A stretch of DNA of 63,394 nt, counting the filler, from Octopus bimaculoides (Eukaryota): assembly GCF_001194135.2 (NCBI RefSeq). It is 4 parts of 4 records of this genome, joined end to end, with 100 filler letters (N's around TTAATTAATTAA, not from the genome) between each part and the next. Parts side by side here need not be neighbours in the genome. Positions count along the whole stretch, not along the records: positions 1 to 26,755 come from NC_068989.1; 3 more parts are not named here. One strand, 5' to 3'. The notes below the pieces were generated by a model, which was not told the DNA's origin, ran no database searches, and saw only the letters and a list, made by a program, of their open reading frames with translations. Every line of letters starts with the position of its first letter. The stretch's first letter is position 1. The translations under genes and the position numbers were made by a program. Below are positions 1 to 12,989 of the stretch, in pieces.

Positions 1-9
1 TCAGGTACG

Positions 10-321
10 ATGCAGGAAGCGCTGGCTAGGGCTCTGGAGTTCGAGTCCTATGTGAAATCGAGCACCGGAAATTTCCGGGTGAGTGGCAGCTCTGGATTCA
101 AGGCAAGGAGAGGAAAAGTCCGTGAAGTTGAAGGACTTGGAAACAGTCGAAAACTTTGTGAGCGGAATGAAGAGACGACTGGTGAGTGTTGTTGGCACTG
201 TGGGAGAAGTAGACACAGGCGGCGGGACTGCTACAGTTGGCGGCGAGAGAAGAAACAGAACGATAGAGCAGGATCTGTTTTCAAGGGCGAGTGTTGGTGT
301 TGCAAGAAAAGGGACACGTGA
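10..321 (+). pseudogene. gag: gag C-terminal region with zinc knuckles
   Basis: C-x2-C-x4-H-x4-C (CWHCGRSRHRRRDC) and a second degenerate knuckle (CWCCKKRDT). Confidence 0.7.
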
Positions 322-439
322 GATATGACTGCCCAACAAGAAATAAAGAGTCAGAAAACTAAGAGGAGCTGGTGTTAAGGGGCAATCACCAGCCAGACAT
401 TCCAAAGAAGCCCCACACTCGAGACAGCATGCAAGGACT

Positions 440-1213
440 GTGATGGACAGCATACGAGTGGGTGGAAAAGTTAACGGCTGGACGTGTTCTCTAGTGATCG
501 ATACAGCCTCAGGACAGACCTTTGTGAGGTCCGATGTGTTACAGGATCTAGACCTGTCGGAGTCATCGCAGCAGTTGTGTGGAGTTATCGGACATTGTAC
601 TGAGCTGAGAGGGCCAGTTAATGTCCGGATCGATGTTGCCGGATTGGAAGTTGTGCTTCCTGTTTATGTGGTTGAGATGGAGGATCTGTGCATTTCAGGT
701 CTGGACTATTTAACGTCCATGGCTTGTCAGCTGGACTTGCGGTTAATGAAGCTTTCGGTGCAGGGAAGATCGGTCCATGTTAAGGTGGTAAAACGGACCA
801 CGCCCGGTAGCGAGGTAAGAGCGCTACGGACGACGGTGATACCACCGAGGTCGGAAAAGCTACTCCAGTGTCGTGTGGGCAACCCGATTGATGGCTGTCT
901 GGGGCTGGTGGAGCCCGACAGACGAGGCAAGAAGAAAGCTGGAGTGAGGGTCGGACGAACCCTGGTGGAAGCAAGTGCTAATGAAGCGCTGGTTGTAGCA
1001 GCCAATTTTTCGTCAGTGGCACAGATTTGTAAAGGACAAATCGTGGGACTGTGCCAGGCAGTGGACCAGCGACAGAGTCAGTTGAATTGTGCAGGAAGAA
1101 AGGAGCACGTTAAGAAGTGCAAACGGACGATGGTGACTGGATGTGTCAACCGGAGAAATGCAGACGAGTCGAAATCCCTACGCACCGAGAAAAGGCATCG
1201 AGGAAGGAGTTAG
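440..1213 (+). pseudogene. pol: retroviral-type aspartic protease / pol N-terminus
   Basis: DTAS in place of DTG(A/S); CISGLDYL resembles the ILGxDF flap-region motif; the frame is lost near 1150-1213. Confidence 0.7.
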
Positions 1214-3514
1214 GAATGTTGTTTGCATTTGTTAGGACGACAAAGATCTAGGGAAGGGGTAGTGATACGGACACCGGCAAACAAACAAAATATCGTTATG
1301 TCCCTATTCCCCGAGCTGGGTTTGAAACCGTATTCTGGTTGTTGAGGACAATGGTATTTCTTTTGTCCTGTCAACAAGCACAGTTATTTTTAGCGTAGGT
1401 GTGATCGGTGACCCTTTCCGGTCACCGAAAGTTTAGAAAAACAAGTTAGGAATTGTACTAAACTGATCCAGCTTTGGAGGGAGTAAGGTAGCACTATTGG
1501 GTACGGTATCTCTCATAAATACGGTAGGGCAGTTGGTATCGAGCAGTTGGTGGACGGCAGTTGGATGAAGAACGTGAGCCGGTGTGAAGGCCAGCAGCCA
1601 GTGGGTCAGCGAGATGAACAAAGAGACNNNNNNNNNNNNNNNNNNNNNNNNNNNNNNNNNNNNNNNNNNNNNNNNNNNNNNNNNNGAAGGTACCAGTCAG
1701 CAGAAATGGATAGAGTCTCAGAGAGAGAGGGACAGAGAGATGGAACTGTTGTGGCAGGCAAAAGATTGTAGTAGACTACTACGTTGGTCAGTTCTTGTGA
1801 TTGAAGTGGGATATTTGAAGGAAAGGAAATTCTTGCTGTGAAGGTTTGTTTAAATATTCTTTAAAGAGAGAACTTTATTGTTACATGTTTTAAAAGAAAA
1901 AGAGATTTTGTTAACTGTGATGTTACCTGGTGGAAAAGAAAAGAAAAGAACTTTGTTGTGACATGTTGTTCAAAGAAAAGAAAAACAAAGAAGTAAATGA
2001 ACTTCTAATTGACTTGATATACGAACTCCGACTGTAAACTTTTGAGTATTCAATGTTCTGAAACCTTTGTTAAATGCTATTGAATTGTTGTTATGCAATG
2101 TTTTGTATTGATGATGTATTGTTTTGCTAAGAAAAAAAGTTAGTTTCACTACGCAACGTATGGCTCCGTGTTATTTCTTCCTCCTTGCCTGTTGTCGTCG
2201 TTACGTGCTCCGGCTGGACTTATTAGTCGTGGCGAACATCCCGACTCACTGAGCGTCGACGTTCGCGCGCGCGCGAGTTCTCTCTTCGTCGAAGTGCTTC
2301 ACGTGAGGGCGTTCGAACAATACGTTCACATGTACATACATATGTACACACACACACACACACACAAACNNNNNNNNNNNNNNNNNNNNNNNNNNNNNNN
2401 NNNNNNNNNNNNNNNNNNNNNNNNNNNNNNNNNNNNNNNNNNNNNNNNNNNNNNNNNNNNNNNNNNNNNAGAGAGAGAGAGAGAGAGAGAAAGCTTACAC
2501 TCAATCTATGACAGGAGACAATAATCTTAAATACCCATCAAAGTGGTACTAACTGGCAAATAACTAACTCTTATATATGGTTCCATAACTCTAGCTACTC
2601 TATAAATGGAGAAACCACTGAAATATAATTGGCAATAGTGTCATAGCTTGGTCTACAGCTATAGTCTGTAACACAAACTGATTAAAATGATGTAACTTAT
2701 ATCTGACTGAGAAATTTATATTTTGATGCAGCCTTTAAAAATATTAAAAACAAAACTAAAATACTGTCCAAGTGTAAGCATTTCAATAAATATTTATTAA
2801 AAAGCCTTTTCCATTTAGAAACAGGCAATCATATAATTGACAGTAGAGAACATCAGTATCAGTTAATCTTCAGGATCTACATAGTAATTTTCCCTCACAT
2901 AGTGTCCACTATTATATGCAGTATTTTATTTTACAATTACTTCAGAAACTCCTTCCTATTACAAACAGCTTGCAAGTCACTAGTGTAGCTAGAGTGTGTG
3001 CTGTCCAGGGTGGCCCTTCAATTTTCGATCCCTGGGTCCCCACGAAAAATACATATTGTCTACAACAGACCCAAAAGTGGTGCTGCCAATATAAAAGTGC
3101 TGCTTGGGGTGGACAACTTGTCTTCCCCCCACCACCTCGTTAGTGATGCAAGTTTATATCCTCAGTGATATAAACTGATCAAGGCCGACCAATGAGAAAT
3201 GAAGACAGCAACCATGCTCCAGATTCTAACCAGTTCATTCATAAATGCACAAAACTGAAAATCTTAGAAAAGTGATGTAAGTGACATAATAAATTGAGCT
3301 TTGAACAAATATAAATAATTGCTTTGAGTACTTTTCCTTCTGTTCATACACCCAAATGTGTCTGGGCATATATAAATATACATAGCAATAAGAAAATGGA
3401 GGGGAATATGTGGTACTCATCAACTTACAGACATTGTATTATGTCAATTTACCTGTTTATTTATCAACTAAGAGGACAGGAGAATAAAACCAATATACAA
3501 ACACATATGACATA

Positions 3515-3606
3515 TGTCATATCAGTAATAAAAATTAAAAGGGACATCTAGTGACCGAAGAAGGAGTAATTGATAGATGAAATGGATGAAAATAGAGGTA
3601 CATGTA
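3515..3606 (-). repeat. dispersed repeat, inverted copy of 4537-4700 with ~70-bp internal deletion
   Basis: Reverse complements of 3515-3563 and 3564-3606 match 4650-4699 and 4537-4578 almost exactly. Confidence 0.85.
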
Positions 3607-4078
3607 TGGTTCTCTAGGCCTCTTCAGAGATTTATAAAGTTCATGGAGTTAATTTACAATGTACAAATATAAACATATAAAAAACATATAAAAATCATAA
3701 AAACTCACATATATATGCATAAGCATGCATACTTTGACATATATAGATATACATAAATAAATAAACATAAATACATGAATATATATATATGTACACTTCA
3801 GTGTACATACATAAACGTCTATACATGCACACCAATGAGTCAATTGTTGTTGTTATTATACATAAGGACACATATATATACCCACCCACACATACATACA
3901 TACATACATGCACATATGTGTATATAAGCATTCCCGTACATACATGTTCCCTGGTACATAAGCTTTAGTTGCTTTTGGAAAGGGGGACAGGTGCATTGGT
4001 TCTTATCGCTATATTTCCAGCAGTCCTGTTTATGATGGAGGAATTTATATAAAAAGATATTTTGTGAGCATTGTTGTT

Positions 4079-4114
<36 letters not shown>

Positions 4115-4536
4115 TTCAGACTTCTATAACCTGCAATGAGATACTCCATTATTTTCTGCTTACGGAGAAGTTAGAATCTTGTTGGTAGTGGGTAGTTGGA
4201 ATTCTGCTGGTAGTGGGGTGGGGTAATTTTTGCTGTTCAGTCCCCTCATCTAATTGGTCATCTATTGTTTTTAACTGTCTTGGCTTAGCTACGGTTGGAC
4301 AACCATTAACCGGTCAAATGGATTAGGCATGAGTATATACAGACATACATATACACATACATGTGCGCTTATATATATTTATATGCGTGCACACATACGT
4401 GCACACATACGTACACACATACACACACATACTCACGTACCTGTATATTCTTATATAAATGGAGTGTATATAAATAATACAAACACTAAATAAATTACCG
4501 AGAAGTTTATATGCGGATATAAATAAATAAATAAAT

Positions 4537-4700
4537 ACATGTACCTGTATTTTCATCCATTTCATCTATCAATTACTCCAGCTTACTGGAGTTATATAGA
4601 TAGAATGAGGCATGTCACCTCTAGGCTGAAACAACTGTAAGACGTTGTCCCTTCTTCGGTCACTAGATGTCCTTTTTAATTTTTATTACTGATATGACAT
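4537..4700 (+). repeat. dispersed repeat (longer copy)
   Basis: Inverted partner of 3515-3606. Confidence 0.85.
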
Positions 4701-7700
4701 AATAATCTTATTCAAAAATACAGACCACAGCTCAACATACTCTAACATAAGCCCCCTCCCCAGGTGCACGCCCAAAACAAAGACACACAGATACGCAAAA
4801 TCACACACACACCAATACAATGCAAACCTCCGACACGAACACACTTACACACATATATAGACACACACACAATCACAATATCTCCACACTAGAGCACAAA
4901 CCCACATACATTTCAAGAAAAAAACACATGCATATATNNNNNNNNNNNNNNNNNNNNNNNNNNNNNNNNNNNNNNNNNNNNNNNNNNNNNNNNNNNNNNN
5001 NNNNNNNNNNNNNNNNNNNNNNNNNNNNNNNNNNNNNNNNNNNNNNNNNNNNNNNNNNNNNNNNNNNNNNNNNNNNNNNNNNNNNNNNNNNNNNNNNNNN
5101 NNNNNNNNNNNNNNNNNNNNNNNNNNNNNNNNNNNNNNNNNNNNNNNNNNNNNNNNNNNNNNNNNNNNNNNNNNNNNNNNNNNNNNNNNNNNNNNNNNNN
5201 NNNNNNNNNNNNNNNNNNNNNNNNNNNNNNNNNNNNNNNNNNNNNNNNNNNNNNNNNNNNNNNNNNNNNNNNNNNNNNNNNNNNNNNNNNNNNNNNNNNN
5301 NNNNNNNNNNNNNNNNNNNNNNNNNNNNNNNNNNNNNNNNNNNNNNNNNNNNNNNNNNNNNNNNNNNNNNNNNNNNNNNNNNNNNNNNNNNNNNNNNNNN
5401 NNNNNNNNNNNNNNNNNNNNNNNNNNNNNNNNNNNNNNNNNNNNNNNNNNNNNNNNNNNNNNNNNNNNNNNNNNNNNNNNNNNNNNNNNNNNNNNNNNNN
5501 NNNNNNNNNNNNNNNNNNNNNNNNNNNNNNNNNNNNNNNNNNNNNNNNNNNNNNNNNNNNNNNNNNNNNNNNNNNNNNNNNNNNNNNNNNNNNNNNNNNN
5601 NNNNNNNNNNNNNNNNNNNNNNNNNNNNNNNNNNNNNNNNNNNNNNNNNNNNNNNNNNNNNNNNNNNNNNNNNNNNNNNNNNNNNNNNNNNNNNNNNNNN
5701 NNNNNNNNNNNNNNNNNNNNNNNNNNNNNNNNNNNNNNNNNNNNNNNNNNNNNNNNNNNNNNNNNNNNNNNNNNNNNNNNNNNNNNNNNNNNNNNNNNNN
5801 NNNNNNNNNNNNNNNNNNNNNNNNNNNNNNNNNNNNNNNNNNNNNCACACATACACATCACCTGGATAAACCCAACGTACAAGGACACCTAATAAATACA
5901 ACACACACATACATGCTCACACACACACATACACCCTCATGCACACACATACAGTTGCTCCCTCACACACACACGCACCACAATGACAATTCAAACACAA
6001 ACATACTTAGAGACACACACAAACTCACGTACACACACATAACACCCCCACCAAAATACAACACAAATAGACATACGCACACATACAGACATACACATAC
6101 ATATGAACCATCACACACACATACGGTTGCTCTCACACACACACACCACAAGGACGATCAAAACAACACATACATACTCAGACAAAGAGATATACGCACA
6201 CTCTCACGTACACACACCTAACATCCCCACCGACACAAAAAACACTCAAACACACACTCATATACACATTCCACANNNNNNNNNNNNNNNNNNNNNNNNN
6301 NNNNNNNNNNNNNNNNNNNNNNNNNNNNNNNNNNNNNNNNNNNNNNNNNNNNNNNNNNNNNNNNNNNNNNNNNNNNNNNNNNNNNNNNNNNNNNNNNNNN
6401 NNNNNNNNNNNNNNNNNNNNNNNNNNNNNNNNNNNNNNNNNNNNNNNNNNNNNNNNNNNNNNNNNNNNNNNNNNNNNNNNNNNNNNNNNNNNNNNNNNNN
6501 NNNNNNNNNNNNNNNNNNNNNNNNNNNNNNNNNNNNNNNNNNNNNNNNNNNNNNNNNNNNNNNNNNNNNNNNNNNNNNNNNNNNNNNNNNNNNNNNNNNN
6601 NNNNNNNNNNNNNNNNNNNNNNNNNNNNNNNNNNNNNNNNNNNNNNNNNNNNNNNNNNNNNNNNNNNNNNNNAATGAGTATATGCTTATATACGTACAGG
6701 TATGTGCATACCGACATCCACCTGTATGTATAGGTGCATATCTGGGTACAGGACATTGCAAACAAAACGTAGACAAGAAAACACACAAGCCACATAGAGA
6801 ACATTTTCCTTCATCAGCTACCCCCGTTTTAACACCAGTGTTTCGAAGAGCTGGGTAGGACGCATCGTTAAAACGGCTCTTCCCATGGACCGCAAATTAA
6901 ATTTGTATACACAAATTAAACCTTGCCATGGAGGAATGTAGTGGCGGACAAAAACAAGACAGGAAAACAAACAGAAAAGGCTATACGGCCAGATGGGAAA
7001 AATTATGTGTGTACGAAAGCTGTGAGGCACGAACTTGAAAGTGGGGACGAAGTAAGTTCGTGTGTTTGCTCGGCGATAGCCAAGGAAGAAAAGGATTATT
7101 GACCGGAAGCATGTGACCATGCCGGTGTAAGGGGAAGAGAGAGTGGTAGAGGGAGAAACAAAGGGAGGAAGTAGAAGAATAGGTGAGCAACGAGAGGAAA
7201 AGAAAGAGATACGTAGTAGTAACAGAGGAAGAACGAGAGGGGTAAGGAGATACGTAGTAGTAAACAGAGGAAGAACGAGAGGGGGAAAAAATGATAGAGG
7301 AAGAGAAAGAAAAAGAGATAGAGTAGCGTCGGAAAATATAAAGTTGCGATAACTACTTACAAATGGTGATGCTTTATATATCTATGTATGTATATATGTA
7401 TGAATGTATGTGTGTGTAATTCATAAAAGAAGTAATAGTTCTAAGCTTCATTTGATTCAGTCTTTATGAAAAAAAGCCCCTGTATCTTATTCAAAGATAT
7501 TGCAATTAGATGTAGATTAAAGCTCAGTCTTGAGGCTTTTATATCTTGGATCATATGGTCCTAATTCTGGCGTAGGTGGTAGGCTGTGAATCTGAGGAGG
7601 ATACTTAAATTTGATTGCCTAAGCTTTTGATAATGATTATAGCAACAAATGTAGTAGGCTGTACATATTTGTGTGGGATGACTTTTATCTGGACTGCTTC

Positions 7701-9229
7701 ACATTCCATTATAAACACAAATATGACTGAAACAATTGAAAATTTTGATCTGAAAAGAAGTACTGATGTGGTTGGCCTTTGCTTTTTTTTCTAATGAAAA
7801 AGCTTAAAATTTATTGTTCTTGATCCTTTAGTTTTAAACTGTTTTTGCAGGGCAAGAAAGAATTAAGCATATTGATGATGGATACAACAGCAGTGAGGAA
7901 ATATGAGCCATCAAACTTTTGATTGTTTGTTCAACACTTCACTGATTTGACCACTTGAAACACTAATGTATGTGTAGAACATACTTACCCTCATAAACTG
8001 TTATATTGCATGAAACTTCACTATACCACAAGAGTGTGAAGGAAATAATTCTGTCGCTCCTTGAACTTGTGAGTTTTCTTTGACAGTAGTGGAATCTGGA
8101 AGTAAATGAATTCCCTGAATAATACTATAATTTTGGATAACACACATTAATACTATAAGGTAGTGAAATGATCTCTAATTGGCCCACTTGGCCTACTAGA
8201 TAGAGCAATCAAATCACCCTCAAATCACACTTGAACATCTCAAAAAATGAACACTTATAATAATGTAATCCTAGATACACTGCATCTGAAAACAAAAATA
8301 ATGAGTTTAATTATGATTTAAATATTCTTGATTATAGATCTGGCAAACAGCATGTAGGACTAAATTTTGTATATAAAATTGAATAAATACTGGTTAGGTG
8401 GGTTTTTCCAAGAGAAAAAGCATATTTACTGTCTGAAAGCATAAATTGATAAGCAATGATCAAGATGAAAGACAAAATGGATAAAAAAGGTTATACAAAA
8501 AGACAAGAAGCAAAACACACGCACACACAGAGTTACTGGTAGTTAAGTCCTTTATTATGACAGCTAGAATCATTGCAACATGAATCGTAATTAACTGAAG
8601 TTATAATAATATATAAAGAGTCATAACTTAAAGTAAAATATACGCAGTAAATATTTCAAACAAACTCCTTCAATCTTTGTCTGATATTCTAAGATTAGGA
8701 ATTGTCATAATTTATTCAGAACTTTGATCCTGCAATCATATCATTGTACCCTCTGACCTTTTTCGGGTATCTATTCTTGGTATCTTGAACTGAATGATTG
8801 GTTCAAATCACAGGTGCAGTTTGTTTTCATTTCATTGTACATGCCTAGAATACTGTTAGGGAAAGAATCCATCCTAATTACTGAATTCTCAAACTGAAAA
8901 AATAATTCTTATACCAAATAATATTAGATGTGGATAGAAATAGAATCCAGCAATATTAGACAAACCATAGAAAACAAAAATTTGATTGAGTCAATGCATA
9001 TCAAATATGAAAACTATAGCGGTTTGAAATATTAATGCTTGCAATACAAGCTTCGTCATTCACTTGTGAAAACATTGGTTAACATTAGCATATTCAGTCA
9101 AATACCTCTGAGAAAAGTGTTTAAAAAAAAGATTTCAAATTTCTATCAACCGTCAAATGAGATCTATACTTAGATGTGATTGCCATAGTTAAGGAGGTAA
9201 CTTTCAAAATACTTAAGACACAAAATGAT

Positions 9230-9550
9230 AAGTTATGCTCTGGGAAAGTCAAATCTGCCAAAATTGAACATCAGAAGTGAAAAAACGATGATACTAAAAA
9301 CTCTGAAGAGTGATACCAGTATCGTCAGATAGCCAACAAATAAAGGCAAAAACATCAGTAGTGATGGTCAAGCAGGAATATTCAGGGAAATTGGGCAAAC
9401 TTTGTTGGAGATGGTAGCTACTGGATGTTGAAAAAAAGATTCAATTCTGGTAACTGAAAGAAAGCTAACACAAATCCTGAAAAGGAACAGGGATCATTTC
9501 ATGATGAATGAATAGACAGCTGAATCAATGTTAAAGTAGGCTACCACATA
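9230..9550 (+). pseudogene. Penelope-like element RT, 5' part (decayed)
   Basis: Frameshifted translation KTLKSDTSIV..PTNKGK-TSVVMVKQEY...GDGSY...KD...TERKLTQILK resembles the Penelope LKxDxxIVILPADKGxxTVVM region. Confidence 0.7.
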
Positions 9551-10794
9551 CATGGGTTGGACAAAATAATGGAAACACTTAGCATCATAATTTTGAAATA
9601 TCCATAAAACTGTCAAAAGCTTGTTTATTTTTATGTTTTTTTACTTATTATTAGTGTTGCTTAATATGTTTTGCTAAAATTGCTGTTTCTTTTCAGATAT
9701 CATCAGAAAAAGATAATTAAAATTCATTAAAATGACAGATCTGTCAGACTTTCAAAGAGGTCAAATTGTTGGTGCTTGTATGGCAGGTACTAGCCTAACG
9801 AAAACAGCAGAAATGTTTGGTGTATCAAGAAGTACTATCTCAAAAGTAATGACAGCCTTTGAGAAAGAGGGAAAAACCTCCTTGTTGAAACAAAACTCTG
9901 GAAGAAAACCATAACTTTCAGACAGGGACCATTGGACTCTTACGGAATTGTTAGAAAGGATCACAAAAGTACAGCTTCCAAAATTACTGTAGAGCTTAAT
10001 GACCACCTTGAGAACTCAGTTTCCACAAAAACTGTTTGCCAAGAGCTGCTCAAAGCTGGATTTCACAGGAAGGCTGCAATCAGAAAACCACTTCTTTCAA
10101 AAACAAACATTGCAAAGCGTTTAGAGTGGTCCCTAGAGCAATGGAAGAATATTATTTTCTCGGACAAGTCATCGTTTACCTCATTTCTGACCACTGGCCG
10201 AGTATATGCGTGGAGACAGCCAAAAGAAGCATTTGACCCAGACTGCCTTCTTCCAAGTGTTAAACATGGAGGAGGATCTGTGATGATCTGGGGGCTATAT
10301 CTTGGAAATCTGCTGGCCCAATGGTTTCCCTTCATGGCAGAATTAATAGTCAAGACTATTTAAGCATCTTATCTGATCAAATTCATCCTATAGTTGTGGA
10401 ACTGTTTCCAGAGGGAAACACAATCTTCCAGGATGATAATGCACCAATTCAGACAGCTAAAGTTGTTACTGAATGGCATGAGGAACATTCTAGTGAAGTG
10501 GAACATCTTATCTGGCCACTGCAGTCCCCAGATCTCAATATTATTGAACGTTTATGGTGCATTTTAGAAAAACAAGTAAGGAGTCGATATATTCTCCACC
10601 ACCATCACTACAAGAACTGGAGACTGTTTTAGCTGAAGAATGGACAAAAATACCTTTGGAAACAATTCAAACTTTGTACGAGTCCATACCTTGTTGAATT
10701 CATGCTGTAATTACTGCTAAAGGTGATCCTATCCCATATTAAAATAAATTTGTTTGAAATTTTAAGGTGTTTCCATTATTTTGTCCAACCCCTG
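9551..10794 (+). mobile_element. full-length (1244 bp) decayed Tc1 DNA transposon
   Basis: 30-bp TIRs CATGGGTTGGACAAAATAATGGAAACACTT / AGGTGTTTCCATTATTTTGTCCAACCCCTG; TA at 9549-9550 and 10795-10796; transposase inside. Confidence 0.95.
9732..10740 (+). pseudogene. Tc1 transposase (DD34E), frameshifted
   Basis: MTDLSDFQRGQIVG HTH, GRKP, IIFSD(K)S, KHGGGSVMIWG, FQDDNAP, WPLQSPDLNIIE; split over three frames. Confidence 0.93.
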
Positions 10795-11200
10795 TATGTA
10801 CAGTCTCTTCAAAATTTATAAAGATAAATTCCACTAAAATCTATAGTGAGTTATCAGGGAATTGTATGTTATCTGCTGAGCAGATTCCTTAACCAATTTT
10901 GCCTACTTATTCTCAATCCCATGTTTCCAAAGATAAAACTCTATTGGTTGTCTAAAAAAAAACTGAAATAAAATCCTTCATTTGAAGAATGTGTACCAGT
11001 ATCCCAACAAATGATTTGATGATGGTTAAGACATTTTGTATACAAACAACATAATTCCAATTGGGGTATGTGATGTTCATGATTATCCTTAAAGATACAC
11101 ATGGAATACTTTGAGGAAATTTCTTTAGCAATATCACCACCTAAGTCAACATATTCAAATGCTAAAATATTTTAAAAATTCAGGTATAGAAGACATTGCT
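10795..11200 (+). pseudogene. Penelope-like element RT, continuation after Tc1
   Basis: Removing the Tc1 and one TA restores RLPHMYSLFKIYKD-PLKSIVS (cf. Penelope P.xYGLPKIHK..PLRPIVS). The right boundary is approximate. Confidence 0.65.
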
Positions 11201-12115
11201 TTTCTCCAACAAGGTTGAGTGAATGAACTGCACATGGTGTATACCTGCTAAACTTTTAAAGAGCACTGATAGCCCTTTTCTCAAAGACCACATTAGATCC
11301 ATAATCATAGGACTGACCATGGGTACTTTCAAGTGAAAGCTTACATTTACTTAGGACTTGTATTTTGTTGTGCTAAGTCATGGATGAATGTTTTTCAGTA
11401 AAATGTTAAAAATCTTCTCACTAGGTTTTCCATTATAACAGTATCAAAACCACAATTACCAGCTAGTGAACATGTCAGATCAGGTATAGAGCCAACAATA
11501 ATAGAGTAGTATTTGGTATCTTGGTTGCTAATTTAATTTACAGTTTTATCATACACATATTCTTCCAAGATTTCTATCAATTCATCATCGACAATTTGGG
11601 ATTTGTGAGTAGTATTTCTTTTTCATTCTTACATTTCTTGAGATGTTCATGTAAAAATGAATCAATATCTGCAATAAGTCTAATGGTCCCTAAAAAGTTC
11701 TCATGATTTGACTGATCTTCACTTTTTCTCTTAACTTAAATGCATTGTAAGAGCTACAAACTTTTCCAGTACTTAAAAATAGCACTATGTGTGCTTTTCT
11801 TTGTGACCTATTCTTTATTTTATGATCCACAGTGTTTTATTTTCTCTTTCTTGTTAGATAGTACAACATTGCCCTCTTATGTTCTATGATATCTTCATGA
11901 GTCCTGAGTATATTCACCAACTTAGAAAGCTTACCTGTTCTCAGTGATGCTTGGCATTTTTTAAAATGCATGATTCTTTAGTGGTGGTAAATATCCTTGA
12001 ATAGAAATACATATATATGGAGTAAATTTACATTAAGGAGTGGAACATACAATTCCTTGTAAGTCAGATAATCTCATCATCCCTAGAAAAAAGTTTGCAA
12101 ACAAAACAGTGTATA

Positions 12116-12989
12116 TGAGGTATGATCAATAAGAATCTGGACTGTTGCCATAGTAATGAAACTAAAGCATGCAGAGTGAAGCTGCTAGGCAAAGATTGAC
12201 ATTGAGCTCTGCTGTGCATGTGCACTAAGTTTTAACGTTCTAGCTCACTTTCACTGTTTTTACAGCAGTACTTGGAAGGAAGGTGTGTAACGTGATCATC
12301 ATACTGACCATGACAGAGAAAGTTGTCATGGTGATACCTGCACAGAGGCCTATGCAAAGTTGCAGAAAGTGTATGGAGAGGAGTGTATGAGCTGCACACA
12401 AGTGTACAAGTGGTTCAGACGTTTCCAAGATGGCCAAAGAAATGTTGATATTGTCGTCTGGGAGAACTGAGAAAAACGTCACAGATATGCATGCAGCTGT
12501 GAGGGTAAATCATTGAATTACCATCCGTGAGTTATCAGAGGATATGCAGATTAGTTATGGTTCGGTTCAGTCCATTATCACTGAAGATTTGGGTACAAGA
12601 CATGTGTCTGCCAAGTTTGTGCCAAACCTGCTTTCAGCTAACCAAAAAGACACTTGTGTTTCAGTTGCACAAAATCTCCTTGATTGTATCAAGAACAATG
12701 AAAACTTTTTGAAACCTTTGCGTAGGCCTCTGAGCAGGTATCACCAAGCTTTTGGCAAAATTTGATGCAGATTCTCTGCTCAACTTTCTCTGTCATGGTC
12801 AATGCGATGATCACACGCTATACATCTTCCTTCCAAGCACTGCAGTAAACAGTGTATGTAAGCTAGAATGTTAAACTTGGTTCACATGCACAGCAAAGTT
12901 CAAGGTCAACCTGTGCCAAGCGGCTTCACTCTTCATGCTTTAGCTTTGTTACTATAGTAAGAGTCCGGATACTTATTGATCAGATCTCG
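12116..12989 (+). mobile_element. non-autonomous mariner derivative with ~250-bp inverted arms
   Basis: Ends (T/C)GAG(G/A)T(A/C)TGATCAATAAG in inverted orientation with TA flanks. Internal N-terminal transposase (VYKWFRRFQDG, SYGSVQSII, SAKFVP); no catalytic domain. Confidence 0.9.

Larger units (their letters stand above)
1..1260 (+). mobile_element. Ty3/Gypsy LTR retrotransposon fragment (gag-protease, decayed)
   Basis: Gag-like QEALARALEFE plus CCHC knuckle CWHCGRSRHRRRDC. The next ORF has aspartic protease motif LVIDTASGQTFV followed by a Gypsy-type post-protease segment. No intact RT/RH/IN is recognisable. Confidence 0.8.

Noticed and set aside
1860-2330. Possible Gypsy LTR downstream of the gag-pro fragment
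   Set aside because: No second LTR copy, PPT or PBS in the window to define boundaries.
2916-3143. 75-aa ORF in GC-richer unique sequence
   Set aside because: No motif recognised in any frame and no convincing donor site.
4820-6858. Long ORFs in the track here and at 15397-16815, 28953-31351, 38000-39030, 42534-43616, 52036-53267 and 61525-62001
   Set aside because: They span N gaps or (CA)/(TA)/(TATG) microsatellites and are translation artefacts.
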